NCBI GenBank assembly: GCA_963699175.1
Contig: OY969418.1
Coordinates: 2,205,352 to 2,269,351 of the forward strand
Source of the DNA: an uncultured Acidobacteriota bacterium
GTDB taxonomy: Bacteria; Acidobacteriota; Blastocatellia; RBC074
DNA: 64,000 nt
Direction of reading: 5' to 3'
Position 1 is the first letter of the stretch; every line of letters starts with the position of its first letter. This document shows, piece after piece, positions 53,698 through 63,048 of this stretch. The notes below the pieces were generated by a model. It made no database searches, was not told the DNA's origin, and saw nothing but the letters and a program-made list of their open reading frames with translations. A program made the position numbers and the translations under genes.

Positions 53698-54137
53698 GCG
53701 CAATCTGCCGAGCATTCGTTTCTACACAAGTCCGCGCTCCTCTAGCTCCGTAGGAGCGCAATGTTTATAGCATCGTAAGCCAGCGCAGCGTTTAGCTCCG
53801 TAGGAGCGGCATCTGCTAGCCTCAGATGCCGCTCCTACGGAGCTAGGAGGCTATTGACGCAACCCCCTAAAAACATTGCGCTCCTACGGAGCGGGGAAAA
53901 TTTGTGTAGAAACGAATGCTGCCGAGGTTGCGCCGCTGCGTTGCCGAAGTGATGGGGGAAACGGATATATGTGATGTGAAGCCGCGCAACCTCGGCAGCT
54001 AAAGTTTCTACACAAGTCTGGTGCTGGCTCGTAAGTCCTTTGCTTTGAGAAATGGCATTTTCGACGCGAGCGCCATAAGTCCCTTAGAATTGGCACAACT
54101 CAAACTTGTGTAGAAACTTTAGCTCGGCAGGTTGCGC
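53698..54137. repeat. complex of four ~32-bp repeats in alternating orientation, forming two large hairpins with nested inner palindromes
   Basis: Four copies of gcgcaa(t/c)ctgccgagc(a/t)...gtttctacacaagtc: 53698-53732 (+), 53902-53933 (-), 53984-54018 (+), 54104-54137 (-). The first loop holds further inverted repeats built on ctccgtaggagc, and gcggcatctg ctagcctca gatgccgc. Confidence 0.6.
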
Positions 54138-54227
54138 TACGCAGGTTCAGCCATCTGATCACGGAGTGGTAACTTTCCAAAGTCGTGAACTGGACCGCTT
54201 TGCGCTACGATTGCCGAATGTTCAGTC

Positions 54228-54722
54228 CTACAATTGCGCCAGAAAATATGCCAGATCAAAGAACTCTCTCTCCGATTGAATTTTCCCCTGCTGGTTGAAC
54301 TTGAAGAAGCCGATGCCTTCCAGGAAGAAGACATTTCCGGTCTTGGTCTTAAAACGCAACCTCCAATTGACGGCGGCTTCCTGACCGCACACCTTGACGT
54401 CCAGGGAGTAGAGTTTGATTTGACTGAAGAGAGTGGGGAACGATGCCAAATAAGCGGCGATGGCTTGTGTTCCCTGGATCGGCGGAATTCCGACCGGGTC
54501 TTCAACCACGGCGTCAGCGGCGAAATGGCTTACGACCCCTTGGGCGTCGAACGCAGCCAATTTGGTAAAAACTTCCTCAATCACCGCCTCGATCTGCTCC
54601 GAGGTCAGATCGTAGGTTGCAGCCGCCTCAACGCGCGTGACGCTCGAAGCGCTCAATAACATGAGCGCCAGCGCCAGCGCCGTCATCTTTTTCAAAAACA
54701 GACTTTGGTTTCTCATTCTCAT
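54228..54722 (-). CDS. SnoaL/NTF2-like fold protein, secreted
   Basis: Start at MRMRNQSLFLKKMTALALALMLLSASSVTRVEA (AAGGA RBS). ~130-aa mature domain with the hydrophobic-cone pattern of NTF2-like proteins. Weak call. Confidence 0.5.
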   Translation of the reverse strand: MRMRNQSLFLKKMTALALALMLLSASSVTRVEAAATYDLTSEQIEAVIEEVFTKLAAFDAQGVVSHFAADAVVEDPVGIPPIQGTQAIAAYLASFPTLFSQIKLYSLDVKVCGQEAAVNWRLRFKTKTGNVFFLEGIGFFKFNQQGKIQSEREFFDLAYFLAQL

Positions 54723-55277
54723 TTCCTTATAGATATTAGGTTGATCCGAGGCGAACATCGCTATGTCATCGGCGTCGATGGCTGCGATTTTCCTCTTCAC
54801 CAAGACAGGCGAAAAACAAAGGTCAAATTGCTGGTGCTGGCGCAAATTTTTTCAATTGACTCAAGGCAGGATGAGTTTATCGAGCGGGTTGTCGGGATTG
54901 CCGACGAACATCCGGAGCACGGCGAAATGAGCGGGATTCGCGCTGAGAATTTCCTGGTTGAAGATCAACAGCGATTGGTCATGCTGTCGAATGCGATGGC
55001 AGGGGCGCTGCAACTCGCGCAAGGGCTGTTTGCTCAAGGGCGCACTTGCGCTCAGGTTCTAGAAATGTTGATGCCCTCCTGACTACAGCTTCGGGCTGCC
55101 AATCGGCAATTGGATGCGCTCGCGCTCAGCACCACCACGGAGGCGATTTTGAGTCAGCGTCAGATTCCGGTGCTGGTGCATCAGTGAAGAGATCTGACGC
55201 TATTGATTGGTCACTGTGCTTCAATTTGAAGAACGCTTCGGCAAGCTTTTGCCAGCCCTCATTGATTTATCAAAGGT

Positions 55278-56189
55278 TTATTTTCCCTCTTTCACCCATT
55301 CCTGCTTCAGCTTTACGTTTAGGCGCAGGCTATTGAGAGAAATCTGGTATTCGAAAAACTGAAGCTGTGTTCTCCCCAAGGTCGTCGTTGCTGGTTCGGT
55401 GGAAGAAGGCGCGCCGATGATTCTAAGGCCGTTGACGCGGCGGTCTTCAGCGTAATGGAGATGGCCGTGAATGATTAGGCGTACCCCATGAGTTATGGCC
55501 AGCAAGCGAAGCGCCCTTCGCTCTGCCTCGGGAACTTGGTGCGCGAGTACTTCCCATTTAGACAGGGCTTTTTGAAAGCGTTTCTGAGCGGTTTCTTTGG
55601 ATGGAATGTTTGGACTGTGATGCAGCGCGATGATTTTGATCGGCACAGCTTGATAACGGCGCAAAACTCTGGCCAGTGCTTCTAGTTGGTAAAAGCTGAT
55701 GTTCCCTACCGCATTGGTTGCGCCATTCAAATTACCTGCATTATTCGAATCAATTCCGATGACGACGATACTTGGATGAGGCTGATGTGCCCAGGGAAAG
55801 CGTGTCTCCAAGCCGCAGTGCAATAGTCCTTGCCTGGCCTTTTCACGGTCTGCCAGCGCGAGCGCTGCACCCGCTGGCAGCCGGGCGATTCCCAATGAAC
55901 AGATGTCGTGATTGCCAGGCAAGGCTTTGACCTTGTTCGCCAACCCTGCGGCGTGGATGGCTTGGCGAAACACTTGCCAGGAAGCGAGGTCTCCACGATC
56001 CGAAATGTCGCCTGTAATCAAAATCAGGCCAGCTTGTTGCAGAGAAGGGGTCAGCAATAACTTCCGAAACCGTTCATTCATTCCCTTCAAGCGACCAAAG
56101 AGGCGTGCCTCTGACCGCGCGTCGTTATCGTGGCTGGTAAGATGTAAATCCGAAAGATGAATGATGCGATAGTGACTAGGGGCTGTCAT
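55278..56189 (-). CDS. calcineurin-like metallophosphoesterase
   Basis: Start MTAPSHYRIIHLSDLHL (GGAAAAATG). Motifs ILITGDISDRGD, LPGNHDI, ALHHSPN, IIHGHLHYAE. Confidence 0.75.
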   Translation of the reverse strand: MTAPSHYRIIHLSDLHLTSHDNDARSEARLFGRLKGMNERFRKLLLTPSLQQAGLILITGDISDRGDLASWQVFRQAIHAAGLANKVKALPGNHDICSLGIARLPAGAALALADREKARQGLLHCGLETRFPWAHQPHPSIVVIGIDSNNAGNLNGATNAVGNISFYQLEALARVLRRYQAVPIKIIALHHSPNIPSKETAQKRFQKALSKWEVLAHQVPEAERRALRLLAITHGVRLIIHGHLHYAEDRRVNGLRIIGAPSSTEPATTTLGRTQLQFFEYQISLNSLRLNVKLKQEWVKEGK

Positions 56190-56425
56190 TTTTCCTGTTC
56201 CTTTCTGCCTGTTTTTGAGTGTTGCCGTTCCTCTTCTTCTGTGGGAAGCCAATAGCAATCCTCGAAGGTTTGCCGATACGCCGGATCAGTGCTTTCGACC
56301 ATTGCCTTGCGATCGTTGGCACGGGCTTCATCGCCATAGGCCAGATCGCGGATGCAATGCGCAATGCATAACGGGGCATCGTCATAGGGGCGAGTCAGCG
56401 CCGCAAGCTCGGCAAAAGGCTTCAA
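56186..56425 (-). CDS. hypothetical 79-aa protein, TTG start, translationally coupled (ATGA) to the metallophosphoesterase; possibly a remnant of a longer decayed gene
   Basis: Stop overlaps the downstream start codon. An upstream region (56430-56700) has protein-like reading in a different frame. Confidence 0.3.
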   Translation of the reverse strand: MKPFAELAALTRPYDDAPLCIAHCIRDLAYGDEARANDRKAMVESTDPAYRQTFEDCYWLPTEEEERQHSKTGRKEQEK

Positions 56426-56980
56426 TCGTAGTCGTCAACGATTGCTCGACCTCGGCTCTATGGTTATCACTGACTGGCGAAGGGTAGAGCTTATGCCGAT
56501 AACCGACCGTGATGGTATTGCCGTTTTTCTCAAAGGCATCCATCCCATGATAATCCCCATAATAATCGCCTGCCCAAGCATCGAATACCCCAATCGTCCG
56601 CCCGTTGCGGCGTCCATCGTGAAAAAGCAGTAGATTGACGATGCGGGCAAACTCACACCACTGGCTGAACTTTTCTGTGGCAGTATTTCAAGTAGTGATT
56701 TTGTCTCGTGAATGCGTCTCGGCGTTTTCCCAGCCAGCTTGCCTCCTTTTTTGTAGCACGGGCTGGCAGTCCACTCTTCATTGGCTTACTTTTTCGGTGT
56801 CGTTAATTTTGAAAACAAAGGTGTGATGCGCAGGCGCTTGAGCTGGCCCTCATTCGGCGTCGTGATCGTAAGCCTATCTTTGACGAGCGAAGTCTCCAGC
56901 ACGGCCGATGCGTACACGTATGTGTGCATAAGGAGAAACGGGCACCCTAAAGATGCCCGTAAGTGAGTGATTATAAAAGT

Positions 56981-57025
56981 CGGGACGCCCGGATTTGAAC
57001 CGGGGGCCTCTTGCACCCCAAGAAA
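56981..57025 (-). other. tRNA 3'-end fragment (T-arm GGTTCAAATCC plus 3' acceptor strand) = candidate attachment-site repeat of an integrative element
   Basis: The reverse complement reads ...cccggttcaaatccgggcgtcccgac. The T-stem/loop and acceptor 3' strand are canonical. No complementary 5' acceptor strand (cgggacg), D-arm or anticodon arm is present upstream. Confidence 0.6.
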
Positions 57026-57140
57026 CAGCCCTATAATTTCCTGAGCCTGCCCAATCTTTCAAATCGTTTCAAACCCTCATATTTACTGGCTTTTTTCATT
57101 TCCCCTGGTGTCATCGAATTTCCTCAAATCGCAATTCAGT

Positions 57141-57161
57141 GTGTCCGCAAATGTGTCCGCA
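57141..57161 (+). promoter_or_regulatory. direct repeat gtgtccgca x2 just upstream of the integrase gene (possible arm-type recombinase binding sites)
   Basis: gtgtccgcaaatgtgtccgcag, 20 nt before the int RBS. Confidence 0.2.
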
Positions 57162-57181
57162 GATTTTTGTGAGGAAGAACG

Positions 57182-58453
57182 ATGAAAGAAATAACCGGGT
57201 ATGTGAGCTACGATAAGAGGCGCAACAGTTGGTGCGGCCGAGTCTCCTTGACTGACCCCGACACCGGCAAAAGGAAGTGGTTCAAGCGCTACGGCAGCAC
57301 CAAGACTGAAGCCCGGCAGCGGGTCAGAGATCTGATCACAAGGTTTGAAAAGGGCGGCGTGCAATCCGTTACCGCTGACCGCCACTCCTTCGCTTACCTG
57401 GCTCAGAAGTTCAAAAAGGAAAAGCTGATCCCTGCCGTTTACCTGGGCGAAAGAAAGATCGCCGGTCGGCGCACCCTCTCCCCGCCCCTAGCCTGGCTGA
57501 ACCAGTTGAGGCTCTTCTTTGACGAGTACAAGCTGACGGAGATTACCGCAGGCGAGGTGCGTAAGTTCAAAGTCTGGCTCTCGAAGATCCCCTCGCGCAG
57601 CCAGATCAAAGAGGAGGACGGCGTGCTGAAACTAATCGTCAAAGAAGACGGCGAGCAGCGTGGCATTGACTCGGTCAACCGGCCCATCGAATTGCTGCGC
57701 ACCATGCTGAATTACGCAGTGGAGGAAAATCTGCTGCGGCCAGAGAACAATCTATTCCTGGCGATGCGCGGCCGTAAGCTGATCGATAGGGCTGCTGAGG
57801 GGAAACGGGAGCGCTTTCCAACCTTCGGCGAGGAACTGGCCCTACTCAAGTTTTGCAACATTGAGGGGCAACTCGGCAACGCTCACCTGCGCCCGATCTT
57901 GATAGTCGCAGCGGATACTGGATTGCGTCGCAATGAGCTACTTACACTCATAGATACTGACCTGGATTTTGGCCGCGAGATTATTCGCCTGCGCGCGTTC
58001 AACGCGAAGACCAACCGGCCGCGCCAAATACCGATGACGCCGCGCGTGAAGCTGGAACTGCAGAAGATGGTGGAAAAGAATAGGGCAGGTCTCGTCTTCG
58101 GCGGGATCAAAAACGTAAAGCGCTCTTATGCTACGGCCTGCCGCAAGTGCGGGATTGAAGACCTGAACCGTCATGACTTCCGGCATGGTTTTGTTAGCCG
58201 GGCGATCCTCGCTGGCATCCCGCCCGCTGTGGCGCTCTCGGCCAGCGGTCACGCCAGCGACGAATGGAAACGCTATCTGAATATGACACCGGATCAGTTG
58301 CAGTACCTGCTTGAGCCGCTGGACGGGCAGGACGCGCAGGAAGTCCAGGTTTATGCGGAAGAGGTTATGCGCGGCCTGCGGGAGGCGCTTAAGTACGATC
58401 AAGTGGAGAGACTCTTTGTGACGCCGCAAACTGGACGCGAGCGGCATGGGTAA
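57182..58453 (+). CDS. tyrosine-type site-specific recombinase / phage integrase
   Basis: GAGGAAG RBS. C-terminal catalytic region with LRRNELLTL..., HDFRHGFVSRAI and the terminal tyrosine region GHASDEWKRYLNM (R-H-R-Y set). Confidence 0.85.
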   Translation: MKEITGYVSYDKRRNSWCGRVSLTDPDTGKRKWFKRYGSTKTEARQRVRDLITRFEKGGVQSVTADRHSFAYLAQKFKKEKLIPAVYLGERKIAGRRTLSPPLAWLNQLRLFFDEYKLTEITAGEVRKFKVWLSKIPSRSQIKEEDGVLKLIVKEDGEQRGIDSVNRPIELLRTMLNYAVEENLLRPENNLFLAMRGRKLIDRAAEGKRERFPTFGEELALLKFCNIEGQLGNAHLRPILIVAADTGLRRNELLTLIDTDLDFGREIIRLRAFNAKTNRPRQIPMTPRVKLELQKMVEKNRAGLVFGGIKNVKRSYATACRKCGIEDLNRHDFRHGFVSRAILAGIPPAVALSASGHASDEWKRYLNMTPDQLQYLLEPLDGQDAQEVQVYAEEVMRGLREALKYDQVERLFVTPQTGRERHG

Positions 58454-58599
58454 AGTCTGGCTAGCCAAAACTGGCAGCTTAAGGCGGAGTACAGCCCTAG
58501 TGTTATAATCTGCGCCAGCCGCGGGCAATACGAGCCGAACGCACTCGATTGATAAAGCACGTTCGGTGCATCCACTTGTTTGTGAAGAGAGGTGAAGTG

Positions 58600-58854
58600 A
58601 TGACGACTGTTTCCGTAGAATTGCCGGAGAGTGTTTTTTCAGCCCTGCGACGTGCACCAGAAGATTTCGTGCGCGAAATGCGGATTGCCGCCGCAGTCAA
58701 ATGGTATGAGCTAGGGCAACTGTCGCAAGGCAAAGCGGCTGAAGTGGCTGGCTTAACGCGCGCCGAGTTTATCAACACACTCTCGCGTTATCAGGTTTCC
58801 CCATTCCAATATACGGCAGAAGAATTAGCGGAGGATTTAGCACGTGCCGAGTGA
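58600..58854 (+). CDS. UPF0175-family antitoxin
   Basis: Start MTTVSVELPESVF... (AGAGGTGA RBS). ...KWYELGQLSQGKAAEVAGLTRAEFINTLSRYQVSPFQYTAEELAEDL matches the UPF0175 consensus. Confidence 0.65.
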   Translation: MTTVSVELPESVFSALRRAPEDFVREMRIAAAVKWYELGQLSQGKAAEVAGLTRAEFINTLSRYQVSPFQYTAEELAEDLARAE

Positions 58855-59047
58855 CCGGGCCGTCCTCAACACCTCACCCCTAATCACCCTCTGCAAAAGC
58901 GGGCAGGAGTATCTGCTTCCGCGATTGTTCGCTGAAATCGTCGTACCCGACGCAGTCTGGGATGAAGTGCTGGCGGGTAGTGAGGTGCGTATTCGCACGC
59001 AACGTGAACACCGATTCGCAGCCAACGTGAACACCAATTCGCATTGA
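58844..59047 (+). pseudogene. PIN-like (DUF3368-type) toxin gene truncated after ~47 codons by an IS21 insertion
   Basis: 4-nt overlap with the antitoxin stop. N-terminus VLNTSPLITLCKSGQEYLLPRLFAEIVVPDAVWDEVLAGSE matches the partner family. The reading then runs into the IS21 terminal repeats. Confidence 0.55.
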
Positions 59048-59220
59048 TCGTGAACGCCGATTCGCACGTCGTGAACACCGATTGGCAAGCCAGTGAACAC
59101 GGATTCGCACGATCGTGAACGCGGGTGTCGGGCGTGCGCCGCCCGCGCGGAGTGTGCTGGAAATCATTTAGACAGTGCTGGACGCTGTCCTCCTATTTTC
59201 TTCAAGGAGGACTCGCTGCA

Positions 59221-60762
59221 ATGCCAGCACCAAAGATTTCCATGCCACGACTCACTGAACTTTTACGTCTCCACGCCGCCGGGCTTTCACAACGTCAGAT
59301 CGCCCAAAGCCTCGACCTCTCGGTCGGCGTCGTCAACAAATATCTCCAACTCGCCCAAGCGCGCGGCCTCGGCTGGCCACTGCCGGCCGAACTGACTGAA
59401 GCGGCCTTGTGGCAACTGCTGGAAGGCGCGACTACGGCGGCCACCAGCACGCCACTCGCCGCACCTGATTTCTCCCTCATCCATCGCGAACTGCAACGCA
59501 AGGGCGTCACGCGCCTCTTACTCTGGGAAGAGTATGTGGCGGTCTATCCCGACCGGCATTACAGCTATGCACAGTTCTGCCGCCTCTACCGCGAATGGCG
59601 CGCTGGGGTCAAGCCCACCTTACGTCAGACGCAGCACGCCGGCGAAAAGCTCTTTGTGGATTACGCCGGGCAGACCGTGCCGATCGTAGACACGCTGACG
59701 GGCGCAGTCTGGCAAGCCCAAATCTTTGTGGCCGTCTTGGGCGCCTCCAATTACACCTACGCCGAAGCGACCGCCACGCAACGGCTGCACGATTGGGTCG
59801 GCGCACACGCGCGGGCCTTCGCCTTCTTCGGCGGCGTGCCGCAATTAGTCGTGCCGGACAATCTCAAGAGCGCCGTGCGCAAAGCCTGCCGTTACGAGCC
59901 GTTGCTCAATCGCACCTATCAAGAGTTGCTGGCCCACTACAACACCGCCGCTTTGCCAGCTCGCCCCTACAAACCGCGCGATAAGGCTAAAGCCGAAGTC
60001 GGCGTGCAGGTCGTCGAGCGTTGGCTCTTGGCACGATTGCGCCAGCAGACTTTCTTCTCGCTCGCCGAACTCAATCAAGCGTTGCGGCACCTGCTCACCC
60101 GACTCAATGACCGGCCTTTCAAAAAGCTGCCGGGCTCGCGCCGCTTTCAGTACGAAGCCCTTGATCGTCCCGCCTTGCGCCCCTTGCCAGCGCAGCCTTT
60201 CGTCTACGCCGAGTGGAAGAAGGCGCGCGTGCACATTGACTATCACGTGGAAGTCGAAGGCCCTTACTACAGCGTGCCGCACGCGCTGATCCGGCGCGAA
60301 ATCGAGCTGCGCCTCACGGCCACCACGGTCGAATGCTTGTATCAAGGTGAGCGCGTCGCCGCGCATCCACGCTCCGACCGCAAAGGCGCGCACACCACTA
60401 ACCCGGAACACATGCCCAAGTCACATCGCGCCCATCTGGAATGGACGCCAGGCCGCTTCCTCAATTGGGCACTGGAGATCGGTCCGCAAACGCGCGATCT
60501 GGTGCAGCACTTACTGACCAATCGCCCACACCCCGAGATGGGGTTTCGCTCCTGTTTGGGCTTGCTCTCGTTGGCCAAAAACTATGGCAAGCGGCGGCTG
60601 GAAGCGGCTTGTACGCGCGCCCTTGCGCTCGGCTCACCGACGCGCCGTAGCGTCGTCTCGATCCTGGAGAAGGGGCTGGAAAACCAACCGCTGCCGGAAA
60701 GCACGCTCGAATTGCCCGCGCCGCGTCACGCCAATTTACGCGGCGCGGACTACTACTATTAA
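59221..60762 (+). CDS. istA: IS21 family transposase IstA
   Basis: Start [31 protein letters not shown] (HTH) after an AAGGAGGA RBS. DDE integrase-core-like centre (...LFVDYAG...). Confidence 0.85.
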   Translation: MPAPKISMPRLTELLRLHAAGLSQRQIAQSLDLSVGVVNKYLQLAQARGLGWPLPAELTEAALWQLLEGATTAATSTPLAAPDFSLIHRELQRKGVTRLLLWEEYVAVYPDRHYSYAQFCRLYREWRAGVKPTLRQTQHAGEKLFVDYAGQTVPIVDTLTGAVWQAQIFVAVLGASNYTYAEATATQRLHDWVGAHARAFAFFGGVPQLVVPDNLKSAVRKACRYEPLLNRTYQELLAHYNTAALPARPYKPRDKAKAEVGVQVVERWLLARLRQQTFFSLAELNQALRHLLTRLNDRPFKKLPGSRRFQYEALDRPALRPLPAQPFVYAEWKKARVHIDYHVEVEGPYYSVPHALIRREIELRLTATTVECLYQGERVAAHPRSDRKGAHTTNPEHMPKSHRAHLEWTPGRFLNWALEIGPQTRDLVQHLLTNRPHPEMGFRSCLGLLSLAKNYGKRRLEAACTRALALGSPTRRSVVSILEKGLENQPLPESTLELPAPRHANLRGADYYY

Positions 60763-60786
60763 CCCATCACACGAAGGAGACCTTGG

Positions 60787-61539
60787 ATGCTCAATCAACA
60801 AACACTCACGCGCCTGCGCGCACTCAAACTCTTCGGGCTGGCTGAGGCCTTGGCCCAACAACTGGAACAACCGCCCACGCAAGCGCTCGCCTTTGAAGAG
60901 CGTCTGGCGCTGTTGGTCGAACGCGAAGTCAGCTATCGTGATAACCGCCGGCTACAATGCCTCTTGCGAGCCGCTAAGCTCAGACAGCCCGCTTGCGTAG
61001 AAGACATTGACTATCGCCACCAGCGCGGGCTTGAACGTACGCTGGTAGCCACGCTCACGAGTTGCGACTGGATTCGCGCCCACCACAATCTGCACATTAC
61101 GGGTCCAACGGGGACGGGCAAGAGTTGGCTAGCTTGCGCCTTCGGTAATCAAGCTTGCCGCCAAGGCTTGAGCGTCCGCTATGAACGCACAGGCCGTCTA
61201 CTCGACCAATTACGCGTGGCACGTGGCGACGGCAGTTACCCAAAACTTTTGCGCCAACTGGCGCGGGTAGAGTTACTGATCCTGGATGACTTCGGGCTCA
61301 AACCGCTCACGCAGACTGAGCGCCACGACTTATTGGAAGTGATTGAAGACCGGCACGGTGTGCACTCGACCCTGCTGACGAGTCAATTACCGATCCGTGC
61401 TTGGCACGAATATCTGAACGAACCGACCGTCGCCGACGCCCTGCTGGATCGGCTGCTCAATGGCGCGCATCGGCTCGAATTAACTGGCGATTCAATGCGC
61501 CAGAAAGAAGCCTTGACCAAAGTGAAGGCAAAGCAGTAG
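60787..61539 (+). CDS. istB: IS21 family helper ATPase IstB
   Basis: Walker [23 protein letters not shown]. Walker B LLILDDFG. 250 aa. Confidence 0.9.
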   Translation: MLNQQTLTRLRALKLFGLAEALAQQLEQPPTQALAFEERLALLVEREVSYRDNRRLQCLLRAAKLRQPACVEDIDYRHQRGLERTLVATLTSCDWIRAHHNLHITGPTGTGKSWLACAFGNQACRQGLSVRYERTGRLLDQLRVARGDGSYPKLLRQLARVELLILDDFGLKPLTQTERHDLLEVIEDRHGVHSTLLTSQLPIRAWHEYLNEPTVADALLDRLLNGAHRLELTGDSMRQKEALTKVKAKQ

Positions 61540-61726
61540 AACTTAAGCGCCAGCGCGCTCCGCGCGCGTTCACGATCGTGCCAATCGGCGTTCATGATGC
61601 TTGCCATTCAGCGTTCATCTTCGTGCGAATACCCACCTGAAGCCATAGAAAAGCATTAGTGGTTTAATCTTAGCAGTTGTATAATCCCTGTCCAATTATC
61701 GAGCCTGTCCATAAAAGGAGTAATTT

Positions 61727-61930
61727 ATGAATGATGACAATGGAAAACAATATAGATGCATAGATTGCGGCTACATCTGGACTATTCTTCCTAAGAGTTG
61801 CGCCATGTGTCAATCACACAAGCTTGAGGTGTTCGCTGAGCTTGACAATATAAAGCCGGATAAATTTGATAGACATTTCGTTAATGAATTGTCTCAGCGC
61901 GATCTGCCTTTACGACGCGGCGAGCGGTGA
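61727..61930 (+). CDS. zinc-ribbon small protein, possibly the N-terminal part of a frameshifted Zn-ribbon/WD40 gene
   Basis: AAAAGGAG RBS. YRCIDCGYIW...CAMCQSH. AT-rich. Overlaps the WD40 ORF by 65 nt in another frame. Confidence 0.4.
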   Translation: MNDDNGKQYRCIDCGYIWTILPKSCAMCQSHKLEVFAELDNIKPDKFDRHFVNELSQRDLPLRRGER

Positions 61931-62843
61931 ATGGTTGCGCACCATCGGCGGGCCGGGCGTGTGGAGAGTGGCCTGGTCGCCGGACGGGAAGCTGCTGGCC
62001 AGCCAGTTGGCGGATGACGCCGTACAGGTTTGGGACGCGGCGACGGCAAAGTTGTGGCATACGCTCGGCGGGAATACAGCGTACGGGCGCTTGGCGTGGG
62101 CACCCGACGGAGGGCGGTTGGCCACGAGCGGGAATGACAATAACATTCGCTTGTGGGACGTGACGAGCGATACGTTGTTGCACCGCCTGAGCGCCCACAC
62201 TGAGCACGTGCAATGCCTCGCCTGGTCGGCCGACGGACAAACGCTGGCGAGCGGCGGCAATGATTGTACGGTGCGGCTTTGGAGTGCGGAAGAGGGGAAA
62301 CTGTTGCGCACGCTGCTTACGCCGGAGAGCCACTTGAACTGGCTGAAGGGGGTGAAGTGGTCAGCGGATGGAAAGCGGCTGCTGAGCATAACGTTACACA
62401 GTAGGTTGCATGTTTGGGACGCGGCGACGGGAGAATTGCTGCACACCCTAAACGAGGACGAAGATTTTGGGCTGCGCGAGCTGTCTTGGTCAGCGAGTGG
62501 TGACTTGGTAGCGGGCAGCAACGGGGGCAACACAATCAGACTCTGGGACTCGGCCAGTGGAAAGCTGTTGCAGCAACTGGGTTGTCACGACGGCGACATC
62601 GACAGTATAGCTTTCTCGCCCGATCAGACGTTGCTTGCCAGCGGTAGCAAAAACGGCAACGTCACCGTCTGGGCCATCGAGACTGGGGCAGAACTGCAAT
62701 CCTTTGCCACCAATTTGCCTGCGCACGAACTAAAGGAAGTCGCGTTTGTAGCATCAGGTCCCTTTTCAACATCAACAGTTTTCGGGCAGACGCCGTACGG
62801 CACACCCACGATTGCGGTAACTGTCTTCGAGTCAGGCAAATAA
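61866..62843 (+). CDS. WD40 repeat protein (start uncertain; begins mid-repeat)
   Basis: Seven or more WD40 units (...SPDGKLLAS...VQVWDAATAKL...). No own RBS. Confidence 0.55.
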   Translation: MIDISLMNCLSAICLYDAASGEWLRTIGGPGVWRVAWSPDGKLLASQLADDAVQVWDAATAKLWHTLGGNTAYGRLAWAPDGGRLATSGNDNNIRLWDVTSDTLLHRLSAHTEHVQCLAWSADGQTLASGGNDCTVRLWSAEEGKLLRTLLTPESHLNWLKGVKWSADGKRLLSITLHSRLHVWDAATGELLHTLNEDEDFGLRELSWSASGDLVAGSNGGNTIRLWDSASGKLLQQLGCHDGDIDSIAFSPDQTLLASGSKNGNVTVWAIETGAELQSFATNLPAHELKEVAFVASGPFSTSTVFGQTPYGTPTIAVTVFESGK

Positions 62844-62865
62844 ATGTGGTTGGCTGCTGAACGCC

Positions 62866-63048
62866 ATGCTAATTCGAGAAGCAACAACGAATGACGCTGT
62901 ACAAATAGCATTGGTACAAGTTTCTTCTTCTCAAGAAGCATACAAAGGCATTCTTCCAGCCAAAGAGATTACAGATGAATTTATAGAAAGCCGGGCTCGC
63001 GTATGGGAAGAATTTATTCGGTCAGGGGAAACCAGAATATATGTCTAT
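62866..63048 (+). pseudogene. GNAT acetyltransferase gene interrupted by the IS982 insertion (5' part)
   Basis: MLIREATTNDAVQIALVQVSSSQEAYKGILP...RIYVY, then the IS. Downstream of the IS the frame continues EHEHTVLGFIHFGP, the classic GNAT beta-strand. Confidence 0.55.

Larger units (their letters stand above)
58985..61650 (+). mobile_element. complete IS21-family insertion sequence (~2.67 kb) with multimeric terminal repeats
   Basis: Left end GTGCGTATTCGCACG followed by six ~22-bp direct repeats of cgtgaacaccgattcgca. The right end carries the same motifs inverted (tgccaatcggcgttcatg, cgttcacgatcg, cgtgcgaataccCAC). Contains istA and istB. Confidence 0.8.

Noticed and set aside
56981-57060. 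Intact tRNA gene on the minus strand
   Set aside because: Only the T-arm and 3' acceptor strand are canonical. The required 5' acceptor complement (cgggacg), D-arm and a pairing anticodon stem are absent in the next 120 nt. It is a fragment.
59003-59135. Six tandem ~22-bp repeats (cgtgaacaccgattcgca...) as a possible CRISPR array or iteron set
   Set aside because: The same motif recurs inverted at 61560-61650. Together they are the multimeric terminal repeats characteristic of IS21-family ends that bracket istA and istB.
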